Origin: a virus
Virus record (IMG/VR): IMGVR_UViG_3300028045_000007
Coordinates: 64,001-128,000 of that record
Length of the DNA: 64,000 nucleotides
Direction: 5' to 3' (one strand)
A program made the position numbers and the translations under genes. Shown one piece after another: positions 1 to 10,823 of the stretch (position 1 is its first letter; every line of letters begins with the position of its first letter). The notes beneath the pieces are model-generated. The model was not told the origin of the DNA. It saw only the letters and a list, made by a program, of their open reading frames with translations, and searched no databases.

Positions 1-8
1 ACTTTCGC

Positions 9-794
9 ATGAATAGTGCGGGTTATTTAGCACACGAAGTCGCGTCGTTTAGCATGTTGAGACGGGTTGCGATGAAGTCAGATGAGACTCCATTATTTCC
101 AGACGATCAGACATTCCTGCGATACAAGAAAGAGTACCCTGAATTAGTATACTTCCTACTTAATGAAGTTATCACGGAGGGTCCACTCGAAACGCACGTC
201 CTAAGACAGATAGCACGCTCTCCCGAATGGAGGCTTGTATGGACCCTCAGTAGAGAGAACCTATCTTCGGTCTTTGGTCGTCCCTCTGGTGATCTCACGC
301 TAAATCAACGTATGGTCACATACTGGAGCCGCGTTTATGACTCTGCGTTTGAGAGTCACGAACCGCCCGAGCATGGCACTATTGATGATGACGATCTTTT
401 CGATCAATGGCTCGCGAATCGTGATCTTGGCGAGACAGAAAGTGCAAAGAGAGACAATGCGATCAACTGTCATGAACGCGGACAGGTGTTAGATGGCGAG
501 TACGTAGAGCAATGCACGTGCGGTGCCAAGATGAGAAACAAAGGTAAGTATCTGGGAGAAAGAGAACGACATGCTCCAGATTGTTTACATGGTACTTGGC
601 ATCGGTATACCCCCGAAGAAAAAGCCGTACACTCACAAAGAATTTATGGTCGCAACTCGAATCATGTGCGTAACCTGATAGACAAAGAACAGGAACAAGT
701 TTTAAACCAGGGCGTAGTAGAAGAGCAGGATCTACGTGGCAAGAACACTAGACAGTTGCTCGGTATGAAATCAAACGTCATTCCTATTAAATAA
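9..794 (+). CDS. hypothetical phage protein (tail-region; may extend upstream of the window)
   Basis: 261-aa ORF, frame open to the window edge; stop overlaps next ATG; upstream of tape measure gene. Confidence 0.6.
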   Translation: MNSAGYLAHEVASFSMLRRVAMKSDETPLFPDDQTFLRYKKEYPELVYFLLNEVITEGPLETHVLRQIARSPEWRLVWTLSRENLSSVFGRPSGDLTLNQRMVTYWSRVYDSAFESHEPPEHGTIDDDDLFDQWLANRDLGETESAKRDNAINCHERGQVLDGEYVEQCTCGAKMRNKGKYLGERERHAPDCLHGTWHRYTPEEKAVHSQRIYGRNSNHVRNLIDKEQEQVLNQGVVEEQDLRGKNTRQLLGMKSNVIPIK

Positions 795-1342
795 TGAAAA
801 GAAATAATCCATCCAGAGATCAATTATCCAAGAGTTTGGATCGCAGAGTGCGACATCTCATGATTCAGACGCTTGAGCAGTTTGAGGATATGTTCCCAGA
901 CATAGACTCTACAAAGCAGGGACACATTTTCAAGGGCGGTATTCGCAACGCTTTTAATGACGTGATACGTGCTCAACGAGACGAGCTACTGGATTACGAG
1001 GTCGATTTTCGTCCGTTACGCATGACCAATGACAATGTTCTTGCGATGACCCAGACGTTCATGCAGACAGTTCAGCATGTTGAAATGGACATATATGCTG
1101 ACGTGCCGAGACTTAGAATTTATGGCGACAAAAACCGAGCCAAGGTTTTAGACTCTGTACGACTTGAGTTTGGCACAGGAGTGATATATCAAGAGGACGA
1201 CCGACTTGTTCTTGAAATTGTTGGTACGCAAAGTTGTGTCGATTGTGTATTATCTATTATGGACCGCTATCGCTTACATGCCAATGTGCATGGTAAGTAC
1301 CAAGAATGGCGGAGCGAGGTTGTTAGACTATATAGGAGTTAG
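794..1342 (+). CDS. hypothetical protein
   Basis: 182-aa ORF, TAATG coupling. Confidence 0.6.
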   Translation: MKRNNPSRDQLSKSLDRRVRHLMIQTLEQFEDMFPDIDSTKQGHIFKGGIRNAFNDVIRAQRDELLDYEVDFRPLRMTNDNVLAMTQTFMQTVQHVEMDIYADVPRLRIYGDKNRAKVLDSVRLEFGTGVIYQEDDRLVLEIVGTQSCVDCVLSIMDRYRLHANVHGKYQEWRSEVVRLYRS

Positions 1343-1344
1343 GA

Positions 1345-2130
1345 ATGGTAGAGCGTAAATTTAAGGCAGCAGATCGTAATGGTACGGTGTGCGATTTTGA
1401 GCTAAAGCCGCCCGGCTTGGCCGAGGAAAACGAAGGCGAACGCCAGTATCGTATAGCCTACAGCAAATCCCTTGTTGAAGGCATCTTCCCTCGTGAAAAG
1501 CTTAGAGAAGTGATGCGAGACCATGGGATGTGGACCGAGGAAGACGACGCCGAACTCAAGAAAGCCGTAGGCAATATTGCTGTGCATCAAATTGAGCTTC
1601 GTAACGCCGAGACCGAAGGTGACGACAAGACATGCGAGAGTGCAGCACAGACAATTGCCGAAGCACGACGTAGAATGTGGGAGCTTTTTCTAGTACAACA
1701 AAGCGTTTACATGAATTCGGCAGAGGGCGTCGCCGAGATGATTAAGACAGAGGCCATTATGGCAACTTGCACGCACGTCCAAGCCACTGGCAAGCCTTAC
1801 TGGAAGGACTATGCCGAGTACGTGCGTGAACGTGACTTAAACCCAAAGTCCACCGTCTATGCTCACGTCATTGAGATTCAGTCTAAGATTCTAGACTCTG
1901 CTCGTGAAGGACTAATGGAGGACTATCCAGAGTACTCGTATCTCAAGAGTGCAGAAGAACGTGTACTGGATCGCGAGGTCGAGGAAGAGGTAGTGAAGGA
2001 GCTTCGCTCGCGTGCCGACAAGGCTATCGCGAAAGACAAGAAGCCAGTTAAAAAGAAGAAGGTAAGTCGCAAGAAGAAGGTGGGGAAACGTGAAAAAGGG
2101 GTGGAAACTAAAACTGATACGACCGGCTGA
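1345..2130 (+). CDS. hypothetical protein, possible tail assembly chaperone
   Basis: AGGAG/AGGA upstream; helical acidic protein with Lys-rich tail; two genes before the tape measure gene (function positional only). Confidence 0.5.
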   Translation: MVERKFKAADRNGTVCDFELKPPGLAEENEGERQYRIAYSKSLVEGIFPREKLREVMRDHGMWTEEDDAELKKAVGNIAVHQIELRNAETEGDDKTCESAAQTIAEARRRMWELFLVQQSVYMNSAEGVAEMIKTEAIMATCTHVQATGKPYWKDYAEYVRERDLNPKSTVYAHVIEIQSKILDSAREGLMEDYPEYSYLKSAEERVLDREVEEEVVKELRSRADKAIAKDKKPVKKKKVSRKKKVGKREKGVETKTDTTG

Positions 2131-2737
2131 GGCTGTTCGTGTAGCAGTAGACAAAGCTTGGAGTTTAGCTCTCAAGGATCTATCGTCGTGGGCGGAGACA
2201 AGTCTCGTCGATGCGATGGTTGATGGGGGGTTGGGCGTCGAAGGTATTGCACAGACAGAGTTTTACCGTTTTGTTTCTAGCCCAGAGGGTCTCGGTCAAC
2301 TTGGTATTGAGCGAACAGAGCCACCCAAACTACTAGCCGCCTATCGCAGATCGTTCAAGGTGTCAAGCACCAACAGACTTTTACTTTTGAGGTTTGGCGA
2401 TATGGCACAACTGAAGATGGGCACACCTCACCCTGCTGCTGGCACGGGCCACCTACAGATTGAGTCTTGGCTGGAGTGGATTGTGGACGGCGACACCGTA
2501 CAGAGTGGTTATGTCCCCAGAGAGCGTTTGCCGGTGAGTGCTCAGAAACGCATTCGTATTGATTCTGCCCCTGGCGGTCTCATGTTGCCCCGTGGTGCCT
2601 TTGGCAGTCTCGGGTCGTGGGCATTTCCAGCCAGCCTACGTGGCTATGAACGCAAGTGGTTCAAGGACAACGTCAAGAAGATTGAGAAAGCAATCACTCG
2701 AAAGATGGTTGTGTTTCTAACCAGGAGGCTAGGTTAA
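2090..2737 (+). CDS. hypothetical virion morphogenesis protein
   Basis: 215-aa ORF abutting the tape measure gene. Confidence 0.5.
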   Translation: MKKGWKLKLIRPAEAVRVAVDKAWSLALKDLSSWAETSLVDAMVDGGLGVEGIAQTEFYRFVSSPEGLGQLGIERTEPPKLLAAYRRSFKVSSTNRLLLLRFGDMAQLKMGTPHPAAGTGHLQIESWLEWIVDGDTVQSGYVPRERLPVSAQKRIRIDSAPGGLMLPRGAFGSLGSWAFPASLRGYERKWFKDNVKKIEKAITRKMVVFLTRRLG

Positions 2738-5700
2738 ATGGGTAAAGTACAACTAGAAGCCGTCCTGAAGCTCGTTGACGTTCAGATCAACCCGCAGGTA
2801 TTCCAGAAGATCAGCCAGTCTGTGGCCGGTATGCCGCCAGCCCTGGGTAAGTCCAGCGATGCACTCAAGAAAACCGGCGTACATGCCGACACGCTCAACA
2901 AGAAGCTCAGGGGCACAAAAGAAGTAATCAACGCAAACGAGCGTGCAGCACGCCTGTTCTTGCGTCGTATGGCCCAGTTTGCCATCCTGCTCCCCACGTT
3001 CGCAACGCTGAACCGTGCTATCCAGGGCGGCGTGAAGTTCCTGTTTGATTTCGACAGTGCCCTGAGGGACATTGTACGTATTGACATTGGTAATTTGAAG
3101 GACCGTATGGAAGAGGTGGGCGATGCCGCCTTGGCAACCGCTGTCAAATATGGAGTGACAGGCACAGAGGTTTTGCGTGCAACCCGTATCTTCAAGCAGG
3201 CTGGTTTTACAATCGAGGAGTCTCAAGCGAAGGCAGAGGCGGCCATTCTTGCCACGCAGATCTCTACGTTGACTTCTGCTCAGGCGACCGAAGTGTTCAT
3301 TGCTGCCCAGAAGCAGTTTGGAGCAGAGGGTCAGAACTCTATTTCAGTTCTAGATAAACTCGCTAAGGTTGAAGACCTTGCTGCCGTAAACGCTTCCGAT
3401 GTTGCCGATGCCTTCCGTACTGGTGGTAACGCTCTTGCTGAATTCTCGAAAAGCATTGATGATTCTGTTGGTATCATTGCTGCCCTTAGAGAGCAGAGTC
3501 GTAAGTCCGGTCGTGAAATTGGTACGTTCCTGAAGACCATTCAAACTCGTATGTTTGCTGCCGGTGAAGCTCGTAGCTCTCTTGAGTCGCTTGGTGTCAC
3601 GGTAGAGAATTTAGATGGCTCGTTGCGTCCAACGCTTAGTGTATTAGACGATCTTAAAGATAAATTCGATGGTCTAACGCAAGCACAGAGGACAAATGCC
3701 GCTAAGTCCATCGCTGGTATTCGTCAGTTCGAATCGCTGTTGGCTGTCTTGAACTCATTAGAACGTGCAAACGAGTTATCGGCGGCATCTAGCAGGGCTG
3801 CCGGTACCGCCGATGAGAAACGTGTTATTACTGATGCTAAACTAGAACGTCAGGTTGGTAAGCTTATTGCTCAAGGACAAGCGTTTGCAGAAGCTATGGG
3901 TGATGCTGGATTAGAAGATACGTTAGCGTCTGCATTAAAAATGGCTGAAAGGCTTCTTTTAGTATTTACTTCTTTCTCTAATGTTCTTAGTGATATTGGC
4001 GGAAGTATTGTTCCATTATTAGCACTTAGCGGCATTACCCTTGGTCGTAGCGTATTCGGCCTTGGCGGTGGAGGTAAGCCAGGAGGCAAACCAGGAGATG
4101 CCACAAAGGGTAATGTTCAAAAGCCAGGACTTGACAAGAACTTTATTGGCCCGTTAAACAAAACACAATCTCAAATTGCTTCTTTCGGTACACAAATGAA
4201 GCGTGCTGGTTCTATTGTGGCCGATAGTACCAAAATTACCGCCATGAGAGTTGCTCAGGGTAGACAATTGGTTACTATTGGTTCTACAGAGATCACTGGT
4301 GTTAAAGCAAGGGCAGCAGCACATAAACAACTTACTGCTGCTATTAAGCAAAATATATCCGCCATCAAGGCTTCTAGTGCTGCACGCACAGCTCAAGGTG
4401 GTGGGTTAAAAGGAGCCCTGGGTGGAGCCGCCGGAACCGCACTCTTTACTCTTGGTGGTGCAACTATTCCTGCGTTGTTTGAAAGTATAGCCAAGAGGTT
4501 ACGTTCTTTTGATAATAACATTGCCAATCTCGGTGCAGAGACTCTAGACGCGAGTAGTAGTACTCTATCGATGGCCGCTCAGTTTGCTGTACTTGGAGGT
4601 AAGGCTTCTGCGATAGCGGGGGCCGTTGGTGCCGTATCAAACGCTATGCCCAAGATCTTAAATGCAATTGATGACGAGTTTGTTGCTCGCAAAGAACTTA
4701 AAAATACGATCAAAAATCAGCAGAAGGAAGAGGGCATTGCTGCCAAGCTTGGGTCTAGAAGTCAAGCCGGAACGGCTGTTGCTAGTAAGCTGTTTGGTTC
4801 TTTTAGTGCGGCAGCAGAACGTGCTGGCACTGAAGGCGGACAAGCTCTTCATAGGGAATTACAAGCTGCCTTCGAGGAAATAGGCAAGGACTTTGGCACT
4901 ACCGGGCAAGATTTTGCAAAGACGTTTCTAACTCCAGTTACAAACGAATTGGGCGGAATTGTTGATAGTAATGCTATTGGTATCGACACACTAAAACAGC
5001 TTAAAACAGAAATTTCTGATGCTTCTGGTTTAACCGGTATCGATATTGCCATTGTTGCACACAAAGAACTCCTCAAATCAATTGCCGAAGAAAATGGTAC
5101 TCTGAAGGAATATGATCGTCTTATCAAGGGCGTCTCTGATGGCACCTTACGTTCCAATGAATCACTTAGTAGTATGTTGGACGTTCTCGGCAAGGGCACC
5201 ATTAAGTTCAATGAATTTACTCTTGGGGCAACGTCTGTCAATAAGTCCTTAAGTGAATTAGGAAAAATAAGTAAGCTTCAGGGTGCTATCGATAGTTTCC
5301 GTACATTAGGACTAGAATTAGATCTTGCTAAACTTGGTCCGGAAGCTTTGGCTGACTCTGTTGTTAGAATGCAGCAAGAATTACTACTGTCAGAACGAGA
5401 GTTTGGTAATACGAGCAAAAGACTAGGAAAAGATATCGATGATCTTACTGGGCACATCAGTGAACTTGGTATCTTTAGTAAAGGTGCAGAGCTTTTTCAA
5501 GCCGCTCAGGAAGGTTTGGATTCTATGGATTCAAGCGAAATCGCAGCGTTCAATCAATTTATGAAGGAACAGCCACCAGCGGTGCGTGAGACCATAGCAG
5601 AACTTTTGAAATTACGCGAACAACAACGTCAAGCCGAACTTGATTTTCAGAATCAGCAAAATGCATTACAGGGTGAAATGATCGCTCGTCGCAAGGCAAT

Positions 5701-7921
5701 GTTTGAGACTGAAGCACAGGCGGCACAAAACGCTTTTGAGTCTACACGTAGGTTTTCTGCTGAGCTAGAAAAGTTTGGTGACGCCGTTACAACCGACGTG
5801 TTGTCCCAGTTCCAGAACATTGGACTTGGTGACGTTGAGGATGTTCTTGCCGGTACTTCAGACCTTAGTGGTGCTCTTCAACAAATGATCATAAATGCGT
5901 TTGATCCTATCTCGCAGGCCGAGCAGGATCTAGCCAACGTGACAGCTACCACCCAAGCCGAACTTGATATTTTAGCAAAGCGGTTAGGTATTGTTACTCA
6001 AAAGTTGTCCGACGAAGCAAACGCGGCAAACGCCGCATCGTTGACTGCCCAAAAACATGCCATCACGCTTGATATAGAGAAAACTATTCAATCTGGTGCA
6101 ATCAGTGCCACAGAAGCCAAGATCAAAATATTAGAATCCGAGAAGGACGCAGCAGAAGATGCCGCCGAAGCCGAGAAAAAGCGTTTTGAGTTACTCGAAA
6201 AGCTAGCGGAAGCCTCTCGCGATTTCGAAAACGAGCTACGAGATGTACGCGATGGGTTTGAAGAATTTAGTAAAGACAAGATCGCAGATCTACTCAAAAA
6301 AGAGACAGATGTTCGCAGCGAATTAAAGGACGCTCAAAAAGATGTTTTAAGTAGTACTACTGAACTTGCCGATGCGTACAATGCCCTTGGCAAAGCTCAA
6401 TTGGAGTTCAATGGGGCCATTGCTGAGGCACAGCTAAAGAGCAATCTACTAGCACGCGACATTGCTACACTGACTGGTGGTCTTGTAACATTTCAAAGCA
6501 AGCTATCTTCACTCAACAACGCTTATCGTGACGTACTAGGTAACTCTAACATCACGCTACAGAAGCGTATTGAGCTTGAGCGTCAACTTGCCGACGAGAC
6601 CTTGGCGTTCTTGCAGCAGGCAAGTAGTGAAATTACTCAAGCTGGTATTGGTATCTTTGGTCAGTCCAGTCAAGAGAACCAAGCACTCGGCCAGGGAATT
6701 GCTGGATTACAACATGTTGCCGACCAGTTAGGTGGTTCGTTCGAAGGGTTCTTGAATATGTCATCTGGAGACTTCTCTGCTGTTAGCGAAACGTTACTGG
6801 GGCTACCGACAGAATTCCGTCAGCAAATGCTTAGTGCGTTATCATCTCTGCCAAGCACCATGAATATTGGAGGATTCAATGTTGATCAATTGACACAGGC
6901 TCTCGGTCAGGTTGGTGCCGGTGTTGCACCTGACGCTGGCTTGCCGTCCATCGAAGAATTGAATGGACAGCAGGTTGAGCAGTTGACCAAGCTTCAAGAG
7001 CTTGCTTTGCAAGATGCTCAACTACAGTTTAGTCAAGTGATTGCTGCCCAACAACAAGTTGCTGCCGCACAAGAGGCCGCCGATGCTGCTCAGATTCTAC
7101 AAGAGCGTGCCAAAGAAAATCTTGTTGCGGTTCGTGATGCTGTACTAGAAGAGAAGGCAGTCCTTGATTTTGCTAATGAACAGCGTAATGAGCTACTTAA
7201 TGCCGTGATTGCTGCCGACGACAAGAACACGCTCCTCATGATTGAGAGAGAGGCTCAGGCGTTTGCGGATCAAAATGCCGCCTTTAGTAAAATCGGAGAC
7301 AATATTGTTACGGGTATTGCTAGTGCCATTGGTTCTAGATTGGCTGTTCTAAATGTTGCCGCACAGTCGAAGGGATATATCCCCAACTTCAGTAGTGGCA
7401 ACTTGAGTCCTGGCGAAGCAGCCGGTGTGCTTCGTGCAGCTTCTCGTGAGAAGCGAGCTATGCCCCCCGGAGCCGGTCTTGCGGTAGCTAATACTAGTGA
7501 AGCCATTATCCCCATGCGTAGCACTGGTTTTATTCCCAACTTCCAAAAAGGTAATGTCTCTGGCGACAGCAATACATCCGAGCTATTGGCCGAAGTCGTC
7601 CGTCAATTAAACGAACTCAACGATACGTCTGATGTGATCAGTTCTAGTAATACTCAAATTCAAAGCAACACTACGGGTGATGCTAAGGATGGAGCCGCTG
7701 GTGGTTCTCAGGATGTTACTATCACCTTACAGACAAACCAGAACAATACCGTTTCTATTACGGGACTTGAGTCGTTACGTGAAGAGATTGCTACAGTTGT
7801 GAGGGGAGCCGCAACCGAACAAGTGGATAAACAACTGGAAGCACTACTGGAAGAGCTAGATAGTGTTATCGTTGCTCTACAAGAGCGTGGTCTATTGAGT
7901 TCGTTTGGTCAACCGAGGTAA
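2738..7921 (+). CDS. tail tape measure protein (TP901-like core)
   Basis: 1727 aa, Ala/Leu/Gln-rich helical; N-terminal TMP core (DKLAKVEDLAAV...SGREIGTFLKTI...LESLGV); AGGAGG RBS. Confidence 0.9.
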   Translation: MGKVQLEAVLKLVDVQINPQVFQKISQSVAGMPPALGKSSDALKKTGVHADTLNKKLRGTKEVINANERAARLFLRRMAQFAILLPTFATLNRAIQGGVKFLFDFDSALRDIVRIDIGNLKDRMEEVGDAALATAVKYGVTGTEVLRATRIFKQAGFTIEESQAKAEAAILATQISTLTSAQATEVFIAAQKQFGAEGQNSISVLDKLAKVEDLAAVNASDVADAFRTGGNALAEFSKSIDDSVGIIAALREQSRKSGREIGTFLKTIQTRMFAAGEARSSLESLGVTVENLDGSLRPTLSVLDDLKDKFDGLTQAQRTNAAKSIAGIRQFESLLAVLNSLERANELSAASSRAAGTADEKRVITDAKLERQVGKLIAQGQAFAEAMGDAGLEDTLASALKMAERLLLVFTSFSNVLSDIGGSIVPLLALSGITLGRSVFGLGGGGKPGGKPGDATKGNVQKPGLDKNFIGPLNKTQSQIASFGTQMKRAGSIVADSTKITAMRVAQGRQLVTIGSTEITGVKARAAAHKQLTAAIKQNISAIKASSAARTAQGGGLKGALGGAAGTALFTLGGATIPALFESIAKRLRSFDNNIANLGAETLDASSSTLSMAAQFAVLGGKASAIAGAVGAVSNAMPKILNAIDDEFVARKELKNTIKNQQKEEGIAAKLGSRSQAGTAVASKLFGSFSAAAERAGTEGGQALHRELQAAFEEIGKDFGTTGQDFAKTFLTPVTNELGGIVDSNAIGIDTLKQLKTEISDASGLTGIDIAIVAHKELLKSIAEENGTLKEYDRLIKGVSDGTLRSNESLSSMLDVLGKGTIKFNEFTLGATSVNKSLSELGKISKLQGAIDSFRTLGLELDLAKLGPEALADSVVRMQQELLLSEREFGNTSKRLGKDIDDLTGHISELGIFSKGAELFQAAQEGLDSMDSSEIAAFNQFMKEQPPAVRETIAELLKLREQQRQAELDFQNQQNALQGEMIARRKAMFETEAQAAQNAFESTRRFSAELEKFGDAVTTDVLSQFQNIGLGDVEDVLAGTSDLSGALQQMIINAFDPISQAEQDLANVTATTQAELDILAKRLGIVTQKLSDEANAANAASLTAQKHAITLDIEKTIQSGAISATEAKIKILESEKDAAEDAAEAEKKRFELLEKLAEASRDFENELRDVRDGFEEFSKDKIADLLKKETDVRSELKDAQKDVLSSTTELADAYNALGKAQLEFNGAIAEAQLKSNLLARDIATLTGGLVTFQSKLSSLNNAYRDVLGNSNITLQKRIELERQLADETLAFLQQASSEITQAGIGIFGQSSQENQALGQGIAGLQHVADQLGGSFEGFLNMSSGDFSAVSETLLGLPTEFRQQMLSALSSLPSTMNIGGFNVDQLTQALGQVGAGVAPDAGLPSIEELNGQQVEQLTKLQELALQDAQLQFSQVIAAQQQVAAAQEAADAAQILQERAKENLVAVRDAVLEEKAVLDFANEQRNELLNAVIAADDKNTLLMIEREAQAFADQNAAFSKIGDNIVTGIASAIGSRLAVLNVAAQSKGYIPNFSSGNLSPGEAAGVLRAASREKRAMPPGAGLAVANTSEAIIPMRSTGFIPNFQKGNVSGDSNTSELLAEVVRQLNELNDTSDVISSSNTQIQSNTTGDAKDGAAGGSQDVTITLQTNQNNTVSITGLESLREEIATVVRGAATEQVDKQLEALLEELDSVIVALQERGLLSSFGQPR

Positions 7922-7924
7922 GCC

Positions 7925-9433
7925 ATGAGTGACGTACTATCAGAAGTTCCGGATCCGCCGCTGGCAACCGTTGAAGTATATTATAACGGTTATAAGCTGA
8001 CGCCAGCACCGCTTATCGACTGGACTGTAGAATCACAGTTTGATGATGGAGGTGTACGAACAGCGGACCTCAACCGAATTGTCTTAACGGGCACTGTTCT
8101 TATTACTCCTACTGGCAGCTACGAACAAATGTTTGAGAAGCAAACAGAGCTTCGTAATTTGTTTGCTACAGACAATGGAGACTTCGCAGTTCTTGCCGGT
8201 CCTGGCAATGCGACCCTCGGTGAAGGCGTTGTGATTTGCTCTGGTTTACAGCCAAGAGTAACGAGCGTCAATGTTCCTGCTGACACACAGTTTACACGTA
8301 TCGATTACACTGTCGAGCTTGAGGATGCTGTCGCTGCCAGTGGCGTGAGTGGCGTTATTTCAAGCCTGAGTGATCAATGGTCATTCCGTGAGGATGCCGA
8401 GACTTGTACCGTCCAGGTAACGCACCAAGTGAATGCTGCTGGTATCGACAGCGAAGCAGACAAATTCGATCAGGCGTTTCGTGCGGTACGAGATCGTTTA
8501 GGTATTCATAAACTACCTATTCAAATTCCATACTTTGTTCAACCGAATGCCTCTGGTCTATTTGGCATTACTCATCCATCAAATCCTGCCGGTGGACCAA
8601 TATATGAGGTATCAGTTAGACGAGAAGAGGTGGCAGATGTACCAAATGGCACGTATCAAGCTACAGAGATTTTCGTTCTTGTTAGCGGTGTGCCATACTA
8701 CTTCACGCAGCGTACCGAAGCATATTCAGAGGACGCCAATGGTATAGCCACGGTGACGTTAGCGGGCTCTGTACAGGGGTTAGGTAGAACGATTACGATT
8801 GATGAAGCCCGTGGGGGCGATGGCTTTAGTCGTGCTTCTACCGGCTTTGTAGATACCATTAAACCTCAACTGCCGTGGGACGCTTCTGGCGTATATCAAA
8901 AATTCAAGGATGGTGCTGTTTCTAGTGGCCTTGCGATCTTTGCTCCAACATCGTTCTCGCTCACAGAGAATAGGTGTCAAGGAGTCATTGATTTTTCAGT
9001 TACGTATACGGACGATCCAACCTCACATCTGCCGAGCGGTATTGCCACTAGTTCTTGTGGCGTCTCGATAGTCAATGGCATTCGTCTGTACGCTAGCCAC
9101 GTGATTCCATTGAGGCGTATCGGCAATATTGTACAAGACGTTGGCACAACAACAGAGGGTACGGTTTCAATCCAGTGTCAAGCACAGGCAAAGAACACTG
9201 GTAGTTCTAGCGTTGACACCAATCGTGTCATTCAGTACGTACAAGACGAGATCAACCGACTAAAGGGTATCTATGCCAATTCTGTAAACTACTTGGATCT
9301 ACGTATTTCGAACTTTACGGAACAGTTTAGCGAGAGAGACCGTACCAGCCAAGCCTCCCTTGAATACACGTTCGTGACAGACTTGGCAAGCGTACCAAGC
9401 GTGGATTCTGACATCGCACTGAGGACGCTATAA
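7925..9433 (+). CDS. virion structural protein (distal tail/hub-like by position)
   Basis: 502 aa beta-rich, directly after the tape measure gene. Confidence 0.6.
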   Translation: MSDVLSEVPDPPLATVEVYYNGYKLTPAPLIDWTVESQFDDGGVRTADLNRIVLTGTVLITPTGSYEQMFEKQTELRNLFATDNGDFAVLAGPGNATLGEGVVICSGLQPRVTSVNVPADTQFTRIDYTVELEDAVAASGVSGVISSLSDQWSFREDAETCTVQVTHQVNAAGIDSEADKFDQAFRAVRDRLGIHKLPIQIPYFVQPNASGLFGITHPSNPAGGPIYEVSVRREEVADVPNGTYQATEIFVLVSGVPYYFTQRTEAYSEDANGIATVTLAGSVQGLGRTITIDEARGGDGFSRASTGFVDTIKPQLPWDASGVYQKFKDGAVSSGLAIFAPTSFSLTENRCQGVIDFSVTYTDDPTSHLPSGIATSSCGVSIVNGIRLYASHVIPLRRIGNIVQDVGTTTEGTVSIQCQAQAKNTGSSSVDTNRVIQYVQDEINRLKGIYANSVNYLDLRISNFTEQFSERDRTSQASLEYTFVTDLASVPSVDSDIALRTL

Positions 9434-9993
9434 TGGTTCAGTTCCCTGAAATACAGTGGATTCAGCAAGATCCAACAATCGACCCATCTGGGTTCCGTGA
9501 TGCGGCCAGCGTACCCGCTGGTTTCTTGAAGGTGCTAAGTACCAGTGCCGGTGGCGTGCTCGACTATGGTCAGCTCAACACAACCGGCTCCGGTGCCATC
9601 ACTACAACCTATCTAGCGTATGCTCGTATCAGCGACATTGCAGATGCCAGCGGCGTATTCAATATGCGTTTGTTCCTAACCAACACTGATGCCTGGGGTG
9701 CTGGCACCTTCCGTTTCCTAGAACAGAAACAATTGCACTTTGTTCCTAGTGTTTCTCTTGACTCCTCGGCAGCAAACACACCAACGGTAGTGCCTGTGTC
9801 TACTAACTTCCTGGGTACGATTAGCGAGCCAGCTTGGCCAGATGGCCAGCCGTGGATGAGTGGTATCCTAGACAACGACGCTAGTCAGTACGTGTACTGT
9901 GCTATTGAGGTTGGCGTTGATGTGCCAGTTGGTACATACGGAGGAGCCGGTGCTGGCACATTCCGATACAGACTACTATACGACTTCTCATGA
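9433..9993 (+). CDS. virion structural protein (paralog of 10824..11477)
   Basis: G/S/T-rich beta protein; C-terminus aligns by eye with 10824..11477. Confidence 0.6.
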   Translation: MVQFPEIQWIQQDPTIDPSGFRDAASVPAGFLKVLSTSAGGVLDYGQLNTTGSGAITTTYLAYARISDIADASGVFNMRLFLTNTDAWGAGTFRFLEQKQLHFVPSVSLDSSAANTPTVVPVSTNFLGTISEPAWPDGQPWMSGILDNDASQYVYCAIEVGVDVPVGTYGGAGAGTFRYRLLYDFS

Positions 9994-10619
9994 GCGATCT
10001 CGGTCCCCAGTATAACGAGAGGTCGATTCTCGCTAAGTTTTTCAACCATCAAAGACATGGCTTTTTGATAGAGGTGGGTGCCGCTGATGGTATCACACAT
10101 TCGCATACCGCGTTTATGTTTGACGAGTGGGAATGGCGTGGCGTGTTGATTGAACCACATCCAGAATTTTTCTCTGCACTACAGGCACGTTACGAAAACA
10201 ATCCAGATGTACTAACGCTCAACGGAGGCATTCGTGAAGTTCCGGGCAAGCACAGATTCTACATGAATGGGCAAATCTCTCGTTTTCTAGATGATCAAAA
10301 GATAGGTGAGGGATTTAGTAAGGTCCCCGGGTACGAGGGCCGTATAGATGTAGAGTGTACTACACTGACAGACGTGTGTGAATCATTAGGAGTACCTCGG
10401 GAGTTTGATTTCCTTACTGTAGATGCTGAGGAGACAGACATAGAGGTCTTGAGCACGCTAGACTGGGAGCGTTGGCAACCACGCTTGGTATGTATTGAGC
10501 ACAGCATGCCATTACCTGTCATGAATGGATTTTTCAGTGAAAGGTCGTATGTGCAGCTTGAAAGAAACACCGGCAACACATTCTTTCATCGTATTGAAGC
10601 GAAGGTGGAAGACTTATGA
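9990..10619 (+). CDS. FkbM-family SAM methyltransferase
   Basis: FLIEVGAADG, GVLIEP, DFLTVDAEETD...VL, PRLVCIE motifs. Confidence 0.85.
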   Translation: MSDLGPQYNERSILAKFFNHQRHGFLIEVGAADGITHSHTAFMFDEWEWRGVLIEPHPEFFSALQARYENNPDVLTLNGGIREVPGKHRFYMNGQISRFLDDQKIGEGFSKVPGYEGRIDVECTTLTDVCESLGVPREFDFLTVDAEETDIEVLSTLDWERWQPRLVCIEHSMPLPVMNGFFSERSYVQLERNTGNTFFHRIEAKVEDL

Positions 10620-10804
10620 ATACTGACCACGAAAACATTGAGCTACGCAAGATCGGCGAGCCCGAGCCTGACTCTCTACCCAGGGGTATCAAGCTCATAA
10701 TAGTAGATAGGCACACGGTCTTTGTACGTCGTGTTCTTGGACGTTTCATACCGGTAACAGAATCAGAACAGGAGGAGCTTCACAGGAAGCATATTGTATC
10801 ATGA
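10616..10804 (+). CDS. small hypothetical protein
   Basis: 62 aa, ATGA coupling. Confidence 0.5.
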   Translation: MNTDHENIELRKIGEPEPDSLPRGIKLIIVDRHTVFVRRVLGRFIPVTESEQEELHRKHIVS

Positions 10805-10823
10805 ATCAACTGGAGCTATTACA

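Noticed and set aside
1345-2737. Programmed frameshift of tail chaperones (G/GT type) at the 2090-2130 overlap
   Set aside because: The downstream ORF has its own GTG start with a purine-rich RBS, and no canonical slippery heptamer is convincing
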